Positions 21,180 to 32,244 are shown, numbered from the stretch's first letter. The stretch: DNA of 64,000 nucleotides from an uncultured Nitrososphaeraceae archaeon (GCA_963779615.1 CAVZZA010000005.1:768001-832000); one strand, 5' to 3'. The notes: generated by a model from the sequence alone, not told the origin. Numbers and translations: made by a program.

Positions 21180-21597
21180 GGGGGGGCCATAAAATCACAT
21201 AGTTTGACTTTTAATTTTCATAAAGGATTGCACTCACACATGAGTGGAACCGCACAGCTCCACACCAAACACGACAGTAAAAACAGGTTATCAAATCATA
21301 AACAAAAATCTCAAGTCAACAGAACCAAAAATCTGGAGGTTTTCTACAAGATAGGTTTTGATTTGACTCATTTTCACTGGTGTAGAACCACTGTAAAAAA
21401 ACAACAGCAACACCAATTACCGCATTCCATCCACCGTCAAAGATAATTTTTGTCCATATCGGCACCTTTGCAAACATGTTTTTTGCAAAAGCCCTACCTG
21501 TAGGTTTTACCATCCTGGCTCAACCCTTTATCCCTGTGTCGCTTGTTAAATCATCACCCTTTTTTGTATGGACAGGTACAACAACTATGCAGGCGAT

Positions 21598-23562
21598 TCA
21601 TATAGTCCTGGCAAACCCATTGTGACGGCCTTTGATCGCCCCAGTAAACCAATTAGGAAGCATGTTTTTGTTCTTATTTACAAAATAACCAAACGCCGAA
21701 TCTAAAACATAAGTCTTTGCCCAGTCGTCTTTTGACCGTATAGACCTACCATAGGCCTGGATTAACCTTAACGCCGTTTGCCAATAGTACCATTCCTCAT
21801 CCACCTTTCTTTTTGCATCAGTCCATCTGTCGCCCTTATTTGGATATGGCACCTTGGCTATTATTTGAAATCTTGATAGTTCGCCTTTTAAGTCAAGACC
21901 CGTATGTAACGATGGCGAGATAAGTACTGTTGGTCTTGGAGTTGACATGTGTTGGGAGATGATTTCGTCTCGCTGTATTTCCGGATCGGTTACCAACAAT
22001 CTCCTTGCATTTGCCTGCGACAGGTTTTCTTTGATAAAGTTAAGTTGCTCATAAGAGGTTGTGTGGATAATTCCTTTATCGTTTTTATGAGTAGACATTA
22101 AGTTGTCGATAGTTTTTGCAATGCGAGACATTACATCAGCAGAATGCAGATTGCCATAGTTAAGATATGCGATGTTAAGTGGATAGATGACTCTGTTCTC
22201 TATTGGAAAGTCTGATTGAACTTGTATATACTTTACATCATCTAAAGATATACCAACACTTTTGCAAAATGCTTTATGATTTAATACTGTAGCACTCATT
22301 ATGAGGATTTTGGAGGCTTTTTCAAATATGGATTTACAGTGTCGAGAAACATCCAATGGCTTTAAATCCACTTTGACCACTTTGTAATCATCTTTCTTTA
22401 TCTCGGACACTATCCAGTTTTTTGGATTTGCAAGTATATTGTTTATGGTTCTTGTAAGCCTCTCTGTGTCCCTAATGGCATCAACAGCGAGTTCATCGCC
22501 AAGGCTCATTGTTGATTTCTTGGAAACGCTTTCACTATCGTATTTTTTTGCAATTTCCTCATCGCTATCGAATAGTTCTGACGCAGAAACTATTTTTTTG
22601 TTATTTTCTTTATATTGAGACAAGGTTTTTCCTTTCCGGTAATCATATTTGACCTGTCTTTCTACAGCCAGTGTTTCGGCCAAAGAACTGTTGCCAGTTA
22701 AACCAAGCATCGTGGTCTCCAAATCAATAAGAAAGCCAACCCATAACTCTATATCATCATAGCCATAATCTGTTAATTCCAAACTGTGGATATACCTTTT
22801 CCACCTTCTTTTAGATATCGTTAAACCTCTAAACTTTACAATTTCAGTTTCTAGTAGATGCCCTTCATCTAAAACCAACAGCTCTCTTTCGTTTAGGCCT
22901 TTCTTATAGGGTAAAAGCGCCAAGAAAATCGAATAATTAAATATAGAATGACTTGAGGCCAAGGCCATGTTTAGTTGGTCAAAGTATTCACATGGCCTCC
23001 AATCCTTTTGCTCTTTTAGGTTTTTTAGAGGTAGCCATTGAGAATATTGCTTTTGATAATGGTGTTTGGCATCCTTGTTAATGTAAACATGTTCCTCTTT
23101 TGTTCCTTTGTTACTTATTTCATAATCCTTTGCAAAAGTCCTGTACTTGCACCCGGTTTCTCTGAAGGATTCATCGGTCATGCAAGTTCCATATTCCACG
23201 GTTTTGTGAAAGCACTCACTTACGCTGTCTGAAACACAAATTCCACATCGGTAGGTGCCATTTTCCTCAAGATCCTGTTTTACCAAACATGGAAAATTAC
23301 TCTTTCCCTTTGCCACAGCCAGGTATGGAAAATCTCGCGAGTATTGGGTTTGCAAATCCTTGGTGGCCGTGCATATATAGCTCGAACCCAAACTCAAAGC
23401 AAGCGCCATAGCTATAGGGCTTTTTCCAAAACCCGTCGGAGCCTCCAGTATAACGTATTTGTATCCAGAATTGAATGCTTCACACATCTCACCTAATGCC
23501 CCTTCCTGACTATTGCGCAGGGTTGGAAATGGAAAATTCTTTATGGTTTCAGGTTTACTCAA
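21598..23562 (-). CDS. DinG/Rad3-like SF2 helicase
   Basis: Q motif LRNSQ, Walker A EAPTGFGKS, DEGH, MSAT, TGLDL, KVPYP, QAYGRSIRSKDD. Confidence 0.9.
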   Translation of the reverse strand: MSKPETIKNFPFPTLRNSQEGALGEMCEAFNSGYKYVILEAPTGFGKSPIAMALALSLGSSYICTATKDLQTQYSRDFPYLAVAKGKSNFPCLVKQDLEENGTYRCGICVSDSVSECFHKTVEYGTCMTDESFRETGCKYRTFAKDYEISNKGTKEEHVYINKDAKHHYQKQYSQWLPLKNLKEQKDWRPCEYFDQLNMALASSHSIFNYSIFLALLPYKKGLNERELLVLDEGHLLETEIVKFRGLTISKRRWKRYIHSLELTDYGYDDIELWVGFLIDLETTMLGLTGNSSLAETLAVERQVKYDYRKGKTLSQYKENNKKIVSASELFDSDEEIAKKYDSESVSKKSTMSLGDELAVDAIRDTERLTRTINNILANPKNWIVSEIKKDDYKVVKVDLKPLDVSRHCKSIFEKASKILIMSATVLNHKAFCKSVGISLDDVKYIQVQSDFPIENRVIYPLNIAYLNYGNLHSADVMSRIAKTIDNLMSTHKNDKGIIHTTSYEQLNFIKENLSQANARRLLVTDPEIQRDEIISQHMSTPRPTVLISPSLHTGLDLKGELSRFQIIAKVPYPNKGDRWTDAKRKVDEEWYYWQTALRLIQAYGRSIRSKDDWAKTYVLDSAFGYFVNKNKNMLPNWFTGAIKGRHNGFARTI

Positions 23563-24262
23563 TGAATTCGATTTATTGTTCAGTTATGTTCTCATCTTCC
23601 TGTTGTCATATTATTTTTATGATTCAAAAGGAATATCTATTTTTGGTCTGAGAGGGTATGGTAGACACACAGGCCAAGGGTTTTGTATTTGGAATCAAAA
23701 GCCGTTAAAAATGAAGAGCCAATACCTGTAGCATGCGAGCTGTCCCCAGAATAACCAACCAAACACATCTCACGAAAAAAACAATAAAAGAATGCGTAAA
23801 CAGAACTTGAGCATGGAAAAATTAATTCTTTTTCCTCATTGTCGTTATACGTGTTATTTTTATGCATATTGTATCAAATTGTCACTATTTTCTGTAATTA
23901 TCGGAAGGTCATATCAATTAATAACATGTAGAGGTAACAAAAAGCAGCACAAAGTCATCAATACAATACAAATGTGCACTTGACGCCAGTTTGACTGTTA
24001 AAAAATAACGTGCAGAAAAATAATGGTTGGAAGTGCGTCAAAACCAACGTTGAAAAAAACAATAGACTGATGATTAATCACCATTAACAACAACAACTTT
24101 AGCAACAGACGGTTTTGGACAATTTACAAATAGAATAAAAATTGCTTTCAGTATTAAAATCAATTTGATTATACCAATTAGCATAAATATCCAAACCAAA
24201 CTTTCTTACCTGTTTATTTTTTAACAAATGCTTATAGCTAGGTTCACTCCATTGTCATCTTG

Positions 24263-24630
24263 TTCATTTGACTATCACCAGAGAATCGTTTGAAATGATC
24301 CATAAATGTGAAACTGGATGCAAAGACAAGGGAAAGAGTACTGCTTGTCCCCAACGTTGCATATAATGGTTTAATGGCTGCCAAGGCAGCCAGAGATCTC
24401 CTCCACAGAAGTAAAGATTGGGTCCGTGAATGGTTAAAAAGACATCATAAGGAGGTAAAAGGTGGATTAAAAAATATACCTAAAAGCGGCAGACCTGCAG
24501 ACATGTCAAAAGAGACAGGTCATCAAATAAAAAAATAACTGCCTGGCTCCAATCAGGGTTGGCAAACAAAACAGGTGGAAGAGCCGATGGTGGAGAAAAG
24601 CGGGATAAAATGCCATTACACCCACACATG
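24263..24630 (+). mobile_element. IS630-family transposase N-terminal remnant
   Basis: ERVLLV..AARDL..W..EWLKR..GLKNIPKSGRP, a stop, then GWQTKQVEE..KSGIKCHYTH (HTH plus winged HTH). Confidence 0.75.
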
Positions 24631-24796
24631 TAATTGGATGTACATTGTACAACACACATCCATCAAAAGAATACAAGTCTTGGCAGATATCTTCTCATAT
24701 TAAGTCAAACTAAATTTAAAAAACAATGTTATTTTGCCCGGAAAATAGGTCAATCGGTTTTCTAATAACATCTTTTTACTGTTAGAAAAAATAATC

Positions 24797-25345
24797 ATGC
24801 AAAATGTTCACTGGTCATTTGTGTCCGAACATGAAACAATGTATTTATTTGCGGTAAATCTTCATTTATCTGTGCAATATTTTAAAGTTTTTAAGATAAT
24901 TTCAATATCCTTGATGTTCATTGTTCTAACACAAGCGGTTTTTAATCCAAATTTATCAAGTAAAGCAAACCAATATTCATTTGGAGACACTTTAGGAAAT
25001 GTAGCAAAATTTACCGAGCAGGCAGTAGTTCTTAACAGTCTTGGAAGATATGATGATGCCATACACTATCTGGACAAAGCTTTGTCACTGGATCCAAATA
25101 ATGTCCTTGCGTTAATAAACAAGGGAATATCTTTAGACGGTTCAGGAAGATTCGACGATGGAATGTCGTACTACGACAAGGCCTTGGCAATAGACCCAAC
25201 CAACAAAAATGCAATCAATAACAAGGTAGCCGTTCTGATTAGTTTGGGAAAAGTTGCGGAGGCCATCAAATACTACGACAAGGTCCTTTCTATAGATCCA
25301 AACGATGCTCGTATAATAGGGATGACAAAATGGTTAAAACAATAA
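24797..25345 (+). CDS. Tetratricopeptide repeat protein with N-terminal hydrophobic segment
   Basis: Three TPRs of the form LGRYDDAIHYLDKALSLDP; true start uncertain. Confidence 0.85.
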   Translation: MQNVHWSFVSEHETMYLFAVNLHLSVQYFKVFKIISISLMFIVLTQAVFNPNLSSKANQYSFGDTLGNVAKFTEQAVVLNSLGRYDDAIHYLDKALSLDPNNVLALINKGISLDGSGRFDDGMSYYDKALAIDPTNKNAINNKVAVLISLGKVAEAIKYYDKVLSIDPNDARIIGMTKWLKQ

Positions 25346-25689
25346 AGCATCCCAAGATATTGGAAAATACGACAACACGTTCATAATGCTTACCTCCGAA
25401 AATGGTGGAAGCGAGCCTTGATTTTACATCTCACATTTGCCAGATGGGTAAATGCAACGAAAGGAAAAGAATTGGTTCACCCGGTAAACAACGGTTTACA
25501 AAACCTAGGTAACGCAAATTCCGGTTTCAATTACGGTTCATGGGGATCCAGTACCAATTAACATAATTACATAAACCACAAGCGTTCATTGTTCTATTTT
25601 TCTCCAAATGTTTACAGCTGTGATGGCCCTATCCCCATTTTGCATGGTGTTTGACTATTGCCAATACGGCGTTTTAAAGGATCTGCATC

Positions 25690-25830
25690 CCTGAACCGGA
25701 TGCAAAGACAAGGGAAAGAGTGCTGCTTGTTCCCAACGTTGCATATCAAGGCATGGCATCTGCTCTTGTGCCAGACTTTCACAGGTGTAAAGATGGGCTT
25801 CAAGCCGGCTAAAAAGGTATGGTGAAGTAT
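25690..25830 (+). mobile_element. Second IS630-family remnant
   Basis: ggatgcaaagacaagggaaagagtgctgcttgttcccaacgttgcatat is nearly identical to 24316-24364. Confidence 0.7.
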
Positions 25831-25875
25831 GCACATATTGTCATATTTATAAACTATGTTGAACAGTAATGGTTA

Positions 25876-26028
25876 ATGACAGACACAGATGACTCCATAA
25901 AGAAAATGAAAAATGCAGAGCATGATGCCAAGGCAAATGCTGAAACTGCAGAAGACCATGCAGAAGGAAAACCAAGTTCTGAAACACTGAACAAGGCAAA
26001 AGAAAAGGTTAAAGACGCTCTCACATAA
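25876..26028 (+). CDS. Small hydrophilic (LEA/CsbD-like) protein, 50 aa, absent from the ORF track
   Basis: MTDTDDSIKKMKNAEHDAKANAETAEDHAEGKPSSETLNKAKEKVKDALT*; tttataaa about 25 bp upstream and a T-run directly after the stop. Confidence 0.7.
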   Translation: MTDTDDSIKKMKNAEHDAKANAETAEDHAEGKPSSETLNKAKEKVKDALT

Positions 26029-26727
26029 TTTTTTTTCATTCACCCGTAATTGTTATTTTTATTATTGAAATCCATCAGCACACGAGCTATTGTGGTTTAA
26101 TACGATGCCAAATATCATATTTATGCTGCACCCAAATCAACCAAATAACCAACATATATGCGAACAATGCAACACGTCATTTGACATACCAAAAGAATAG
26201 GACTAGCACAACGGTAGGGCATCACACAAAACCAAGTTAAAAACCTACAGCATTTTAGCATTTAAATGATACACCTCTTTTTGAGGTTTATTAGGTATTG
26301 AAAACAACCAGTGCAACAAAAGCAGGCGGTACGCTGACAGGTCATTTATTAACTTGGCTTGCCTTTACCGGTTTCTTTTGTTTTTTGTCAAGATGCCAAG
26401 ACACGATTCATTACCTGCACAAAAGGATGTAGCTAAATCAGTGGAGGAGAAGCGCCAGCATTCAAGTGAAGAAGACATAACTGAATGTCTTGATGGCTGT
26501 TTTTTTTCGATGTAGAATAGAGAATTGCAAACAAGGACATTCCAAAATTGGATCTTTTTGTCGGCAATCATAAACAGGAATGGATGATTGTGGATATACC
26601 CTTTGATCCCGCCTGTTAATATAAAAAAAATGGATGGTTAGCGACCTCTATCCTTGTCCATACGGGATTTGATAAGGGGTAAAATCAATTTTTGTCCCTT
26701 TCCATCAATGTATTGTTATCACCTGAT

Positions 26728-28161
26728 CTACTTTCTACGTTCTAATTTCATTTGCATTCCATATTTGGGACGCAGTGTAATTAGGGGCTTTAACTCGACC
26801 TTATGGCTTTTAACGTGGTGCATCTTCCACTGTTTGCAGAAAGTGGCAATTAACAGTATACCCTCCATCCATGCAAACGGCTCACCTACACAACCCCTAA
26901 TGCCCCCTCCAAATGGAAAATAACTAAATCGCGGAAGATGGGATTTCGTCTCCTTTGTCCACCGATCCGGATAGAAAAGGTCGGGATTGGGAAAGTAAAG
27001 CGGATTGCGATGCATAACATATTGACTCATCAAAATGATTGAGCCAGCAGGTATAACATATTTGTCAACTTTGTAGTCTTTTAGTGATTGGCGGCCCAAA
27101 GTCCAGGCTGGAGGATAGAGCCTCATTGATTCTCTTAGTACCTTTTCGGTATATTCTAATTTTGGTATGTCTTTGATTGTTGGAGTTCTTATTTTTTTAC
27201 AATCAGCACTACTAGCACCACCACCACCTTTGTCATCATTATCGTTACCCAAAACACTACACAATTCCTCGTATAGCTTGGCCTCTACAGACGAGTTTTG
27301 CGATAGTAGATAAAATGTCCAGGTAAGCGCGTTGGCTGTTGTTTCATGACCTGCCAGAAAAATGGTCATTACCTCATCTCTTAACTGCAAATCACTCATC
27401 TGTCCAATTCCAGCTTCTGCATCCTGAGCGTGCAGTAGAGTATACAGCAGATCGGTTTTATCCACATCGGCTTTGTTTTCATTGTCTCGGTGCTGTTTAA
27501 TCATATCATACACGATAGAATCGAGCTTCTTTTTTGCGTCTTGAAATTCTCTATTAACGCGCAGCAGTGGCATTTTTCCAATCAGATTACCAAATGGCAT
27601 TAATAATCGGTTAAAGTATTCACCGCAAGTCAAAAGTGCACTGCCAACTATATCGCCTTCTTCCGAGTTGACATTCGAACCCAAAACTGACTTGCTTATT
27701 ATTGCGGAGGTTACCTTTATCATTTCCTTATGCATATCCAAAGTAATTCCATCTTTCCATTGCTCAGACATGTTTTCACCATAGGCGATCATTATGTCGC
27801 CATATTTTTTTACAAGGTTAGGATGAAATGCAGGCTGTATGATTCGTCTTTGACGATCATGGTACTCCCCTTCACTAGTTACCAGACCTTCCCCTAAGAG
27901 GCGCTTTGAAACTTGGAGGCCTTTGCTTTTTATAAAACTCTTGTGATTTCTGATTAATATGTCCTCTATGTGGTGTGGGTTATTTATCAAATATACATGC
28001 TGTCTCCCAAACTTAAAATGGGCAATGTCACCATAGGTATTTGCGGTGTCCATCAAGGTTTTGATTGGCTCACGTATAAAATTACGCAATAACTTATTAG
28101 GAATAACTGAGCGAGGTCCTGGAGGATATTCGCTAGAGGAGGAGGAAGAGGCAGCAGTCAT
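26728..28161 (-). CDS. Cytochrome P450
   Basis: AGHETTA I-helix, ESMR (ExxR), PDRW, heme-thiolate FGGGIRGCVG. Confidence 0.96.
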   Translation of the reverse strand: MTAASSSSSSEYPPGPRSVIPNKLLRNFIREPIKTLMDTANTYGDIAHFKFGRQHVYLINNPHHIEDILIRNHKSFIKSKGLQVSKRLLGEGLVTSEGEYHDRQRRIIQPAFHPNLVKKYGDIMIAYGENMSEQWKDGITLDMHKEMIKVTSAIISKSVLGSNVNSEEGDIVGSALLTCGEYFNRLLMPFGNLIGKMPLLRVNREFQDAKKKLDSIVYDMIKQHRDNENKADVDKTDLLYTLLHAQDAEAGIGQMSDLQLRDEVMTIFLAGHETTANALTWTFYLLSQNSSVEAKLYEELCSVLGNDNDDKGGGGASSADCKKIRTPTIKDIPKLEYTEKVLRESMRLYPPAWTLGRQSLKDYKVDKYVIPAGSIILMSQYVMHRNPLYFPNPDLFYPDRWTKETKSHLPRFSYFPFGGGIRGCVGEPFAWMEGILLIATFCKQWKMHHVKSHKVELKPLITLRPKYGMQMKLERRK

Positions 28162-28534
28162 TTTTTCTCACTGGATTGAATCCGATGACAAACACCTGCG
28201 CAGACATTCCACTGAAAATGATAAATGCATCAAGTTCTTAATCTTTTACATATTCTCATTAATTAAACGTTTTATACCAAATGGCGGTGCTAAACTAACT
28301 CATTGAGTTTAAGAAAATGGGTATCACATTTCCACGAGTGAAAAATGGGTGAGGAAATCATTTCACCATAACCTATTGTAACTGGTTTCTGCAAACTTGA
28401 TTTACAGGGCATATTGTTGTCATGTTTTATCGGGAACCAAAAGCTAGCCAAAGCTACAAATAGCCATTGTTTTGGACTATGCTATAATATAACGATCAAT
28501 GTTGTGGTGGAACAACAATTATAATTTAACTATA

Positions 28535-28888
28535 CTATTTTTTTACCAGCCTAAGAGCATTATTTATAATACTGCCATGGTCGGCTTCTACTTCCGTAGT
28601 TATCAAAAATAGATAGTTGTCATCCAACGGTATGGTTATACGTTTTATCTTTTCGTATTCTGTCATTGAATATTTTCCCTTACCCGTCTTATGTTCGAGT
28701 GCGTATCGCAATCCCCATCTTCCTATCGCCAAACGATTGGATTTTTGTGTGTCTTCAGGAGACAGAATACTAGGGAGGCCTTCCCTCATCCCACCATATT
28801 TAGTTTCACCAGTCTCGTCACATATACCAGCAAAACGGACCTTTGGATCGAAATCCAATAGGTCTTTACAGACTCTATTATAATCCAT
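28535..28888 (-). CDS. Thaumarchaeal DUF6659-like (roadblock/longin-like) protein
   Basis: C..LL..DPKVRFAGI..G..GGMREG..YEKIKRITIPL pattern. Confidence 0.7.
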   Translation of the reverse strand: MDYNRVCKDLLDFDPKVRFAGICDETGETKYGGMREGLPSILSPEDTQKSNRLAIGRWGLRYALEHKTGKGKYSMTEYEKIKRITIPLDDNYLFLITTEVEADHGSIINNALRLVKK

Positions 28889-29939
28889 GGTATTGTAAGT
28901 ATAATATCAAAAGGATTTTATTAAACATTGTTACAATGGAAGGAACTTCAACAGCAAGTTACACAAATTTTTTGTGTTGAGCGCATTTGGCTGGCAAAAA
29001 CGAAATTCCATAATGGTTAAACTTTTTTGTATACCGTTACTTTGGTGGTACCAACACAAGATACAAATAATCAACAATAGTCGGCAAATGACTGAACTTT
29101 AGGATGATTGATTTTACAATATATGGGAAAAATAGATAGTTGCAAAAATGGGATGTTTCTTTCGATTTGAGTTTTAACTCAAATATTGAATGTTTAAAGT
29201 TTTAATTGGCATATCCATGCTTAGATGCAGAGCCCATCGATGAGGCACTTTAATGTGTTTTACAACTAAACAATGCTTAATTGACTTTTTTGGTTATGGG
29301 GCATTATCAATTCATATGCGTTATTATGTCAAATGTAGGACAAGCCCTGCTGAAAAGCATAAAATTACCCGTGGAATGGGAAGCCTATGATTGCACCAGA
29401 AGCATAAAATTACCCGGCAAGCCACTGATGAGGATTAGGAACAGACGAAAAAAAACAAGATCAGAGAAAGACGATTTTGTGGACACGGGTCGAATAAAAC
29501 CAAACAGAAGGAAACAAGAAGAATGGGTTCAACAATTAGGAAATGCATCTTGTGGCATATGCATCTATAAAAACAGCATAGTGCCAGTATCTGCATGAGC
29601 TGCTGTTTCAGGCTTATTTGCCATATTCTATGATTTCAAAGATAAAGATTATTGTAGGATAAAAATATACCCGATACTATTGGGGCCAGACAAATGCTAA
29701 AATCAATCGGGTCAAATGTTGATTTTTATGTTTGCTCCATAAATGCCAATGCATTGGCTTTGCTGGCAAAGAGTGACAAAAGGTCCAACTTCACTTGGCG
29801 TAATTTTTTGTAACAACACTTCCTTAACCATCGTTACCAAGTGAAACAAACCATTATGCGATTTTGTTAGTTTGCCTTCTTGTTTTGCCAGACCAATAAA
29901 ACAATTAACTTGTGTGAAACCAAACAGAATGATATCGAT

Positions 29940-30599
29940 TTATGATTTGCGTTCCAATTGCTCAATATTTTGTCGGAATTCGTATTTCCAACCCTCTGGC
30001 AGAGCACTTATTTTTATTGCCCGTCTCATGGTTTCAATGTTGTCCGCATGGTCTCTATCAACATACAGGCGGACAATATCTTTCACCGAGACACTATTTT
30101 CATCTCTTCTGACAATCTCTATCTTGTCACCTGTTCGCACTTCTCCTTCTTTTAACACCCTAAAGTAAATACCAGGGCGCCCGCTTGCCAAAAATCTCCT
30201 AATTATTTCCATATGTCCAAACCTGACACCAAGTTTATAGCACGGCATTCTTGGCTGTGTCGCCACGAGATTAGCAGATCCTATTTGAAGGTGATCACCG
30301 ATATTAACAGCATCTTCCATTAATCCTTCAGTGGTGAAATTCTCTCCAAACATTCCCCACACAAGATCGGCGTCAGGAAACTGTTTACGCCAGTAACCAT
30401 AGTGTTCTTCGGGGTAAGAATAAACTGCCTTATCCACCCCGCCATGTACAGTCAAATCGGCTTGCTTGTCGCCATCAATGTTAAGCTTTCGTAGCATGAC
30501 AGGGCCTGTGACGGGATCCTTGAAAATTGCAGTAGTCACGGTTTGCCCATTAAAGAGTACTTTTCTTGGAAGCCCGACATTCACAGAAAGCACTTTCAT
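29940..30599 (-). CDS. MOSC domain protein with 3-alpha domain (YiiM-like)
   Basis: GDKQAD..VHGG.DKAV, FGENF, QPRMPCYKL, GIYFRVL.EG. Confidence 0.92.
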   Translation of the reverse strand: MKVLSVNVGLPRKVLFNGQTVTTAIFKDPVTGPVMLRKLNIDGDKQADLTVHGGVDKAVYSYPEEHYGYWRKQFPDADLVWGMFGENFTTEGLMEDAVNIGDHLQIGSANLVATQPRMPCYKLGVRFGHMEIIRRFLASGRPGIYFRVLKEGEVRTGDKIEIVRRDENSVSVKDIVRLYVDRDHADNIETMRRAIKISALPEGWKYEFRQNIEQLERKS

Positions 30600-30681
30600 T
30601 GTTAAACAATAGAAACAGATAGTTCTTTATAAGACTTGGATTTGATTATTCACACACTAGCCAATTACCACAAACATAGAA

Positions 30682-30897
30682 CTAATCTGCTTTTTGCTTG
30701 CTGTCGGTTGATGCCATTTTACCTATGCTTTGACATAAAAAGGCAGCAGGCATATTTTCTTCATATATGTCTTCTGCTCTCATATTGTGGACGCATACGG
30801 CATGCTCGGAAATACGCCTCAAGACCTCATCATCTGTTTTACCCTCAGATATGTAATCGCACTCCAATCCTGACTCTTTGCAAGATAGTCTTATCAT
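30682..30897 (-). CDS. DUF1059 small metal-binding protein
   Basis: LSCKESGLECDY...G.T.DEV....EHA..VH. Confidence 0.8.
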   Translation of the reverse strand: MIRLSCKESGLECDYISEGKTDDEVLRRISEHAVCVHNMRAEDIYEENMPAAFLCQSIGKMASTDSKQKAD

Positions 30898-31379
30898 AAC
30901 AGATTCAGCAAGTGATTCTTTCACAACCAAATATTAAGGTATTTTAGTAGTAGTTGTTGCTGTTGTTGTGTTGGAATAAGAGAGGTATTCAGGGTCAATG
31001 CAGAAATAACTGATATGACGACATCCCCACCACGGTTGTCGGTTTTACAGTAACCATACACCCTTTTCCTTTGCCAATACATGTGCTACAAATTTCCTAG
31101 TTGTCACTTTTTTGACACCATGTTTCGGTAAACAAAAAGTACCCCAAAAAAATTTAAAGATGCAAAATTAGAAGGATACCACCACCCCCTATCATGTAGC
31201 AACACACACTTCAATTGCTATTTGAAATGAAAGAATTCACTTTTATTTTGATAATACTTTAAAATAGTAATAGTAATCCCCTACAGTACTAGAACGAACA
31301 TATTAACACAGTATTTTGAACGCCTTTTTTCTCTCTTATAAGCTGTCCTATCCTTATCGTCTCAGGCAGAGTATGGCAT

Positions 31380-31512
31380 ATGAATCCACTAGAGAAATCT
31401 CGATTGTCCCTGTCATGGCTCCCGATTCTTAAACAAAGGAAAAGTAATCAATGGCCCTGCAAATAGTGAACGTGATGAAAGTAAATCTGACCTTCCAGGT
31501 AATTGCTTTTAA
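31380..31512 (+). pseudogene. Rieske [2Fe-2S] domain remnant (YhfW-type C-terminus)
   Basis: NPLEKS, a frameshift, then DCPCHGSRFLNKGKVINGPA; N-terminal part missing. Confidence 0.7.
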
Positions 31513-31728
31513 CCAATGCATAACCCAAAATTTCATATTTGCAACATTGGCAAATTGTAATTTTTATTGACATATTATAGGGCAACAAGACAGCAATGTA
31601 ACTTAACAGCAATATTCACAGCCAATAATGAAATCAAAATGAAAATAACAATTTTAGTTTGAAATTTTAAATAACAACATTCAATCCAATTTGAAAGTTA
31701 TTTATATTTTGTTAATGAAAAACATAGG

Positions 31729-32001
31729 ATGCCAAACAATAATGATGCTGATGGACACAAAGGAAAAGAAGAATCAGGCTATGCAGCAGTCTCAAAAGGA
31801 GCATCAGCAACATCTGTAGCTAAATTACTAAAAGGCATAGACTTTCCTGCAAACAAGGATGATATTGTACAACGCATACAACAAAACAAAGGAAAGGCAG
31901 AAGATAGTGCCGATTCAGTTATTGACATCATTAATCAAATGGCAGATAAAAAATACAATAGCATGGCAGATGTAGAACATGAAGTAGGACAAATAGAATA
32001 A
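31729..32001 (+). CDS. DUF2795 domain protein
   Basis: LKGIDFPANKDDIV...Y.SMADV. Confidence 0.85.
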   Translation: MPNNNDADGHKGKEESGYAAVSKGASATSVAKLLKGIDFPANKDDIVQRIQQNKGKAEDSADSVIDIINQMADKKYNSMADVEHEVGQIE

Positions 32002-32021
32002 AAGATTATTCCCGGTAGATT

Positions 32022-32051
32022 TTTTCGGTTTCATTTAAATGAAACCGAAAA
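32022..32051. repeat. Perfect 30-bp loopless palindrome (possible terminator)
   Basis: ttttcggtttcattt|aaatgaaaccgaaaa, 20 bp after the DUF2795 stop. Confidence 0.9.
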
Positions 32052-32244
32052 TAAAAAGTCTTTACATAAAATGTGCTTTGGTATTTGACTTACATACACA
32101 TTTGGTTAAAGCAATAGTGTCTCACAATATTGGGATATTGAGATAAACATGCAGCATTGTTGCAATGAGCGGTTGCATTTATCCTGTTGACAAAATTGCT
32201 TCTTTTCTTACACGCTTATTAAATAATTTTTTTTATAATTTAAC

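Noticed and set aside
25390-25560. Possible riboswitch or structured RNA after the TPR gene
   Set aside because: Could not match a known consensus or build a convincing structure by eye
29355-29416. 17-bp direct repeat aagcataaaattacccg with a 45-bp period (mini-CRISPR?)
   Set aside because: Only two copies, too short, with no leader or cas genes; the overlapping ORF 29281..29598 has no recognisable motif
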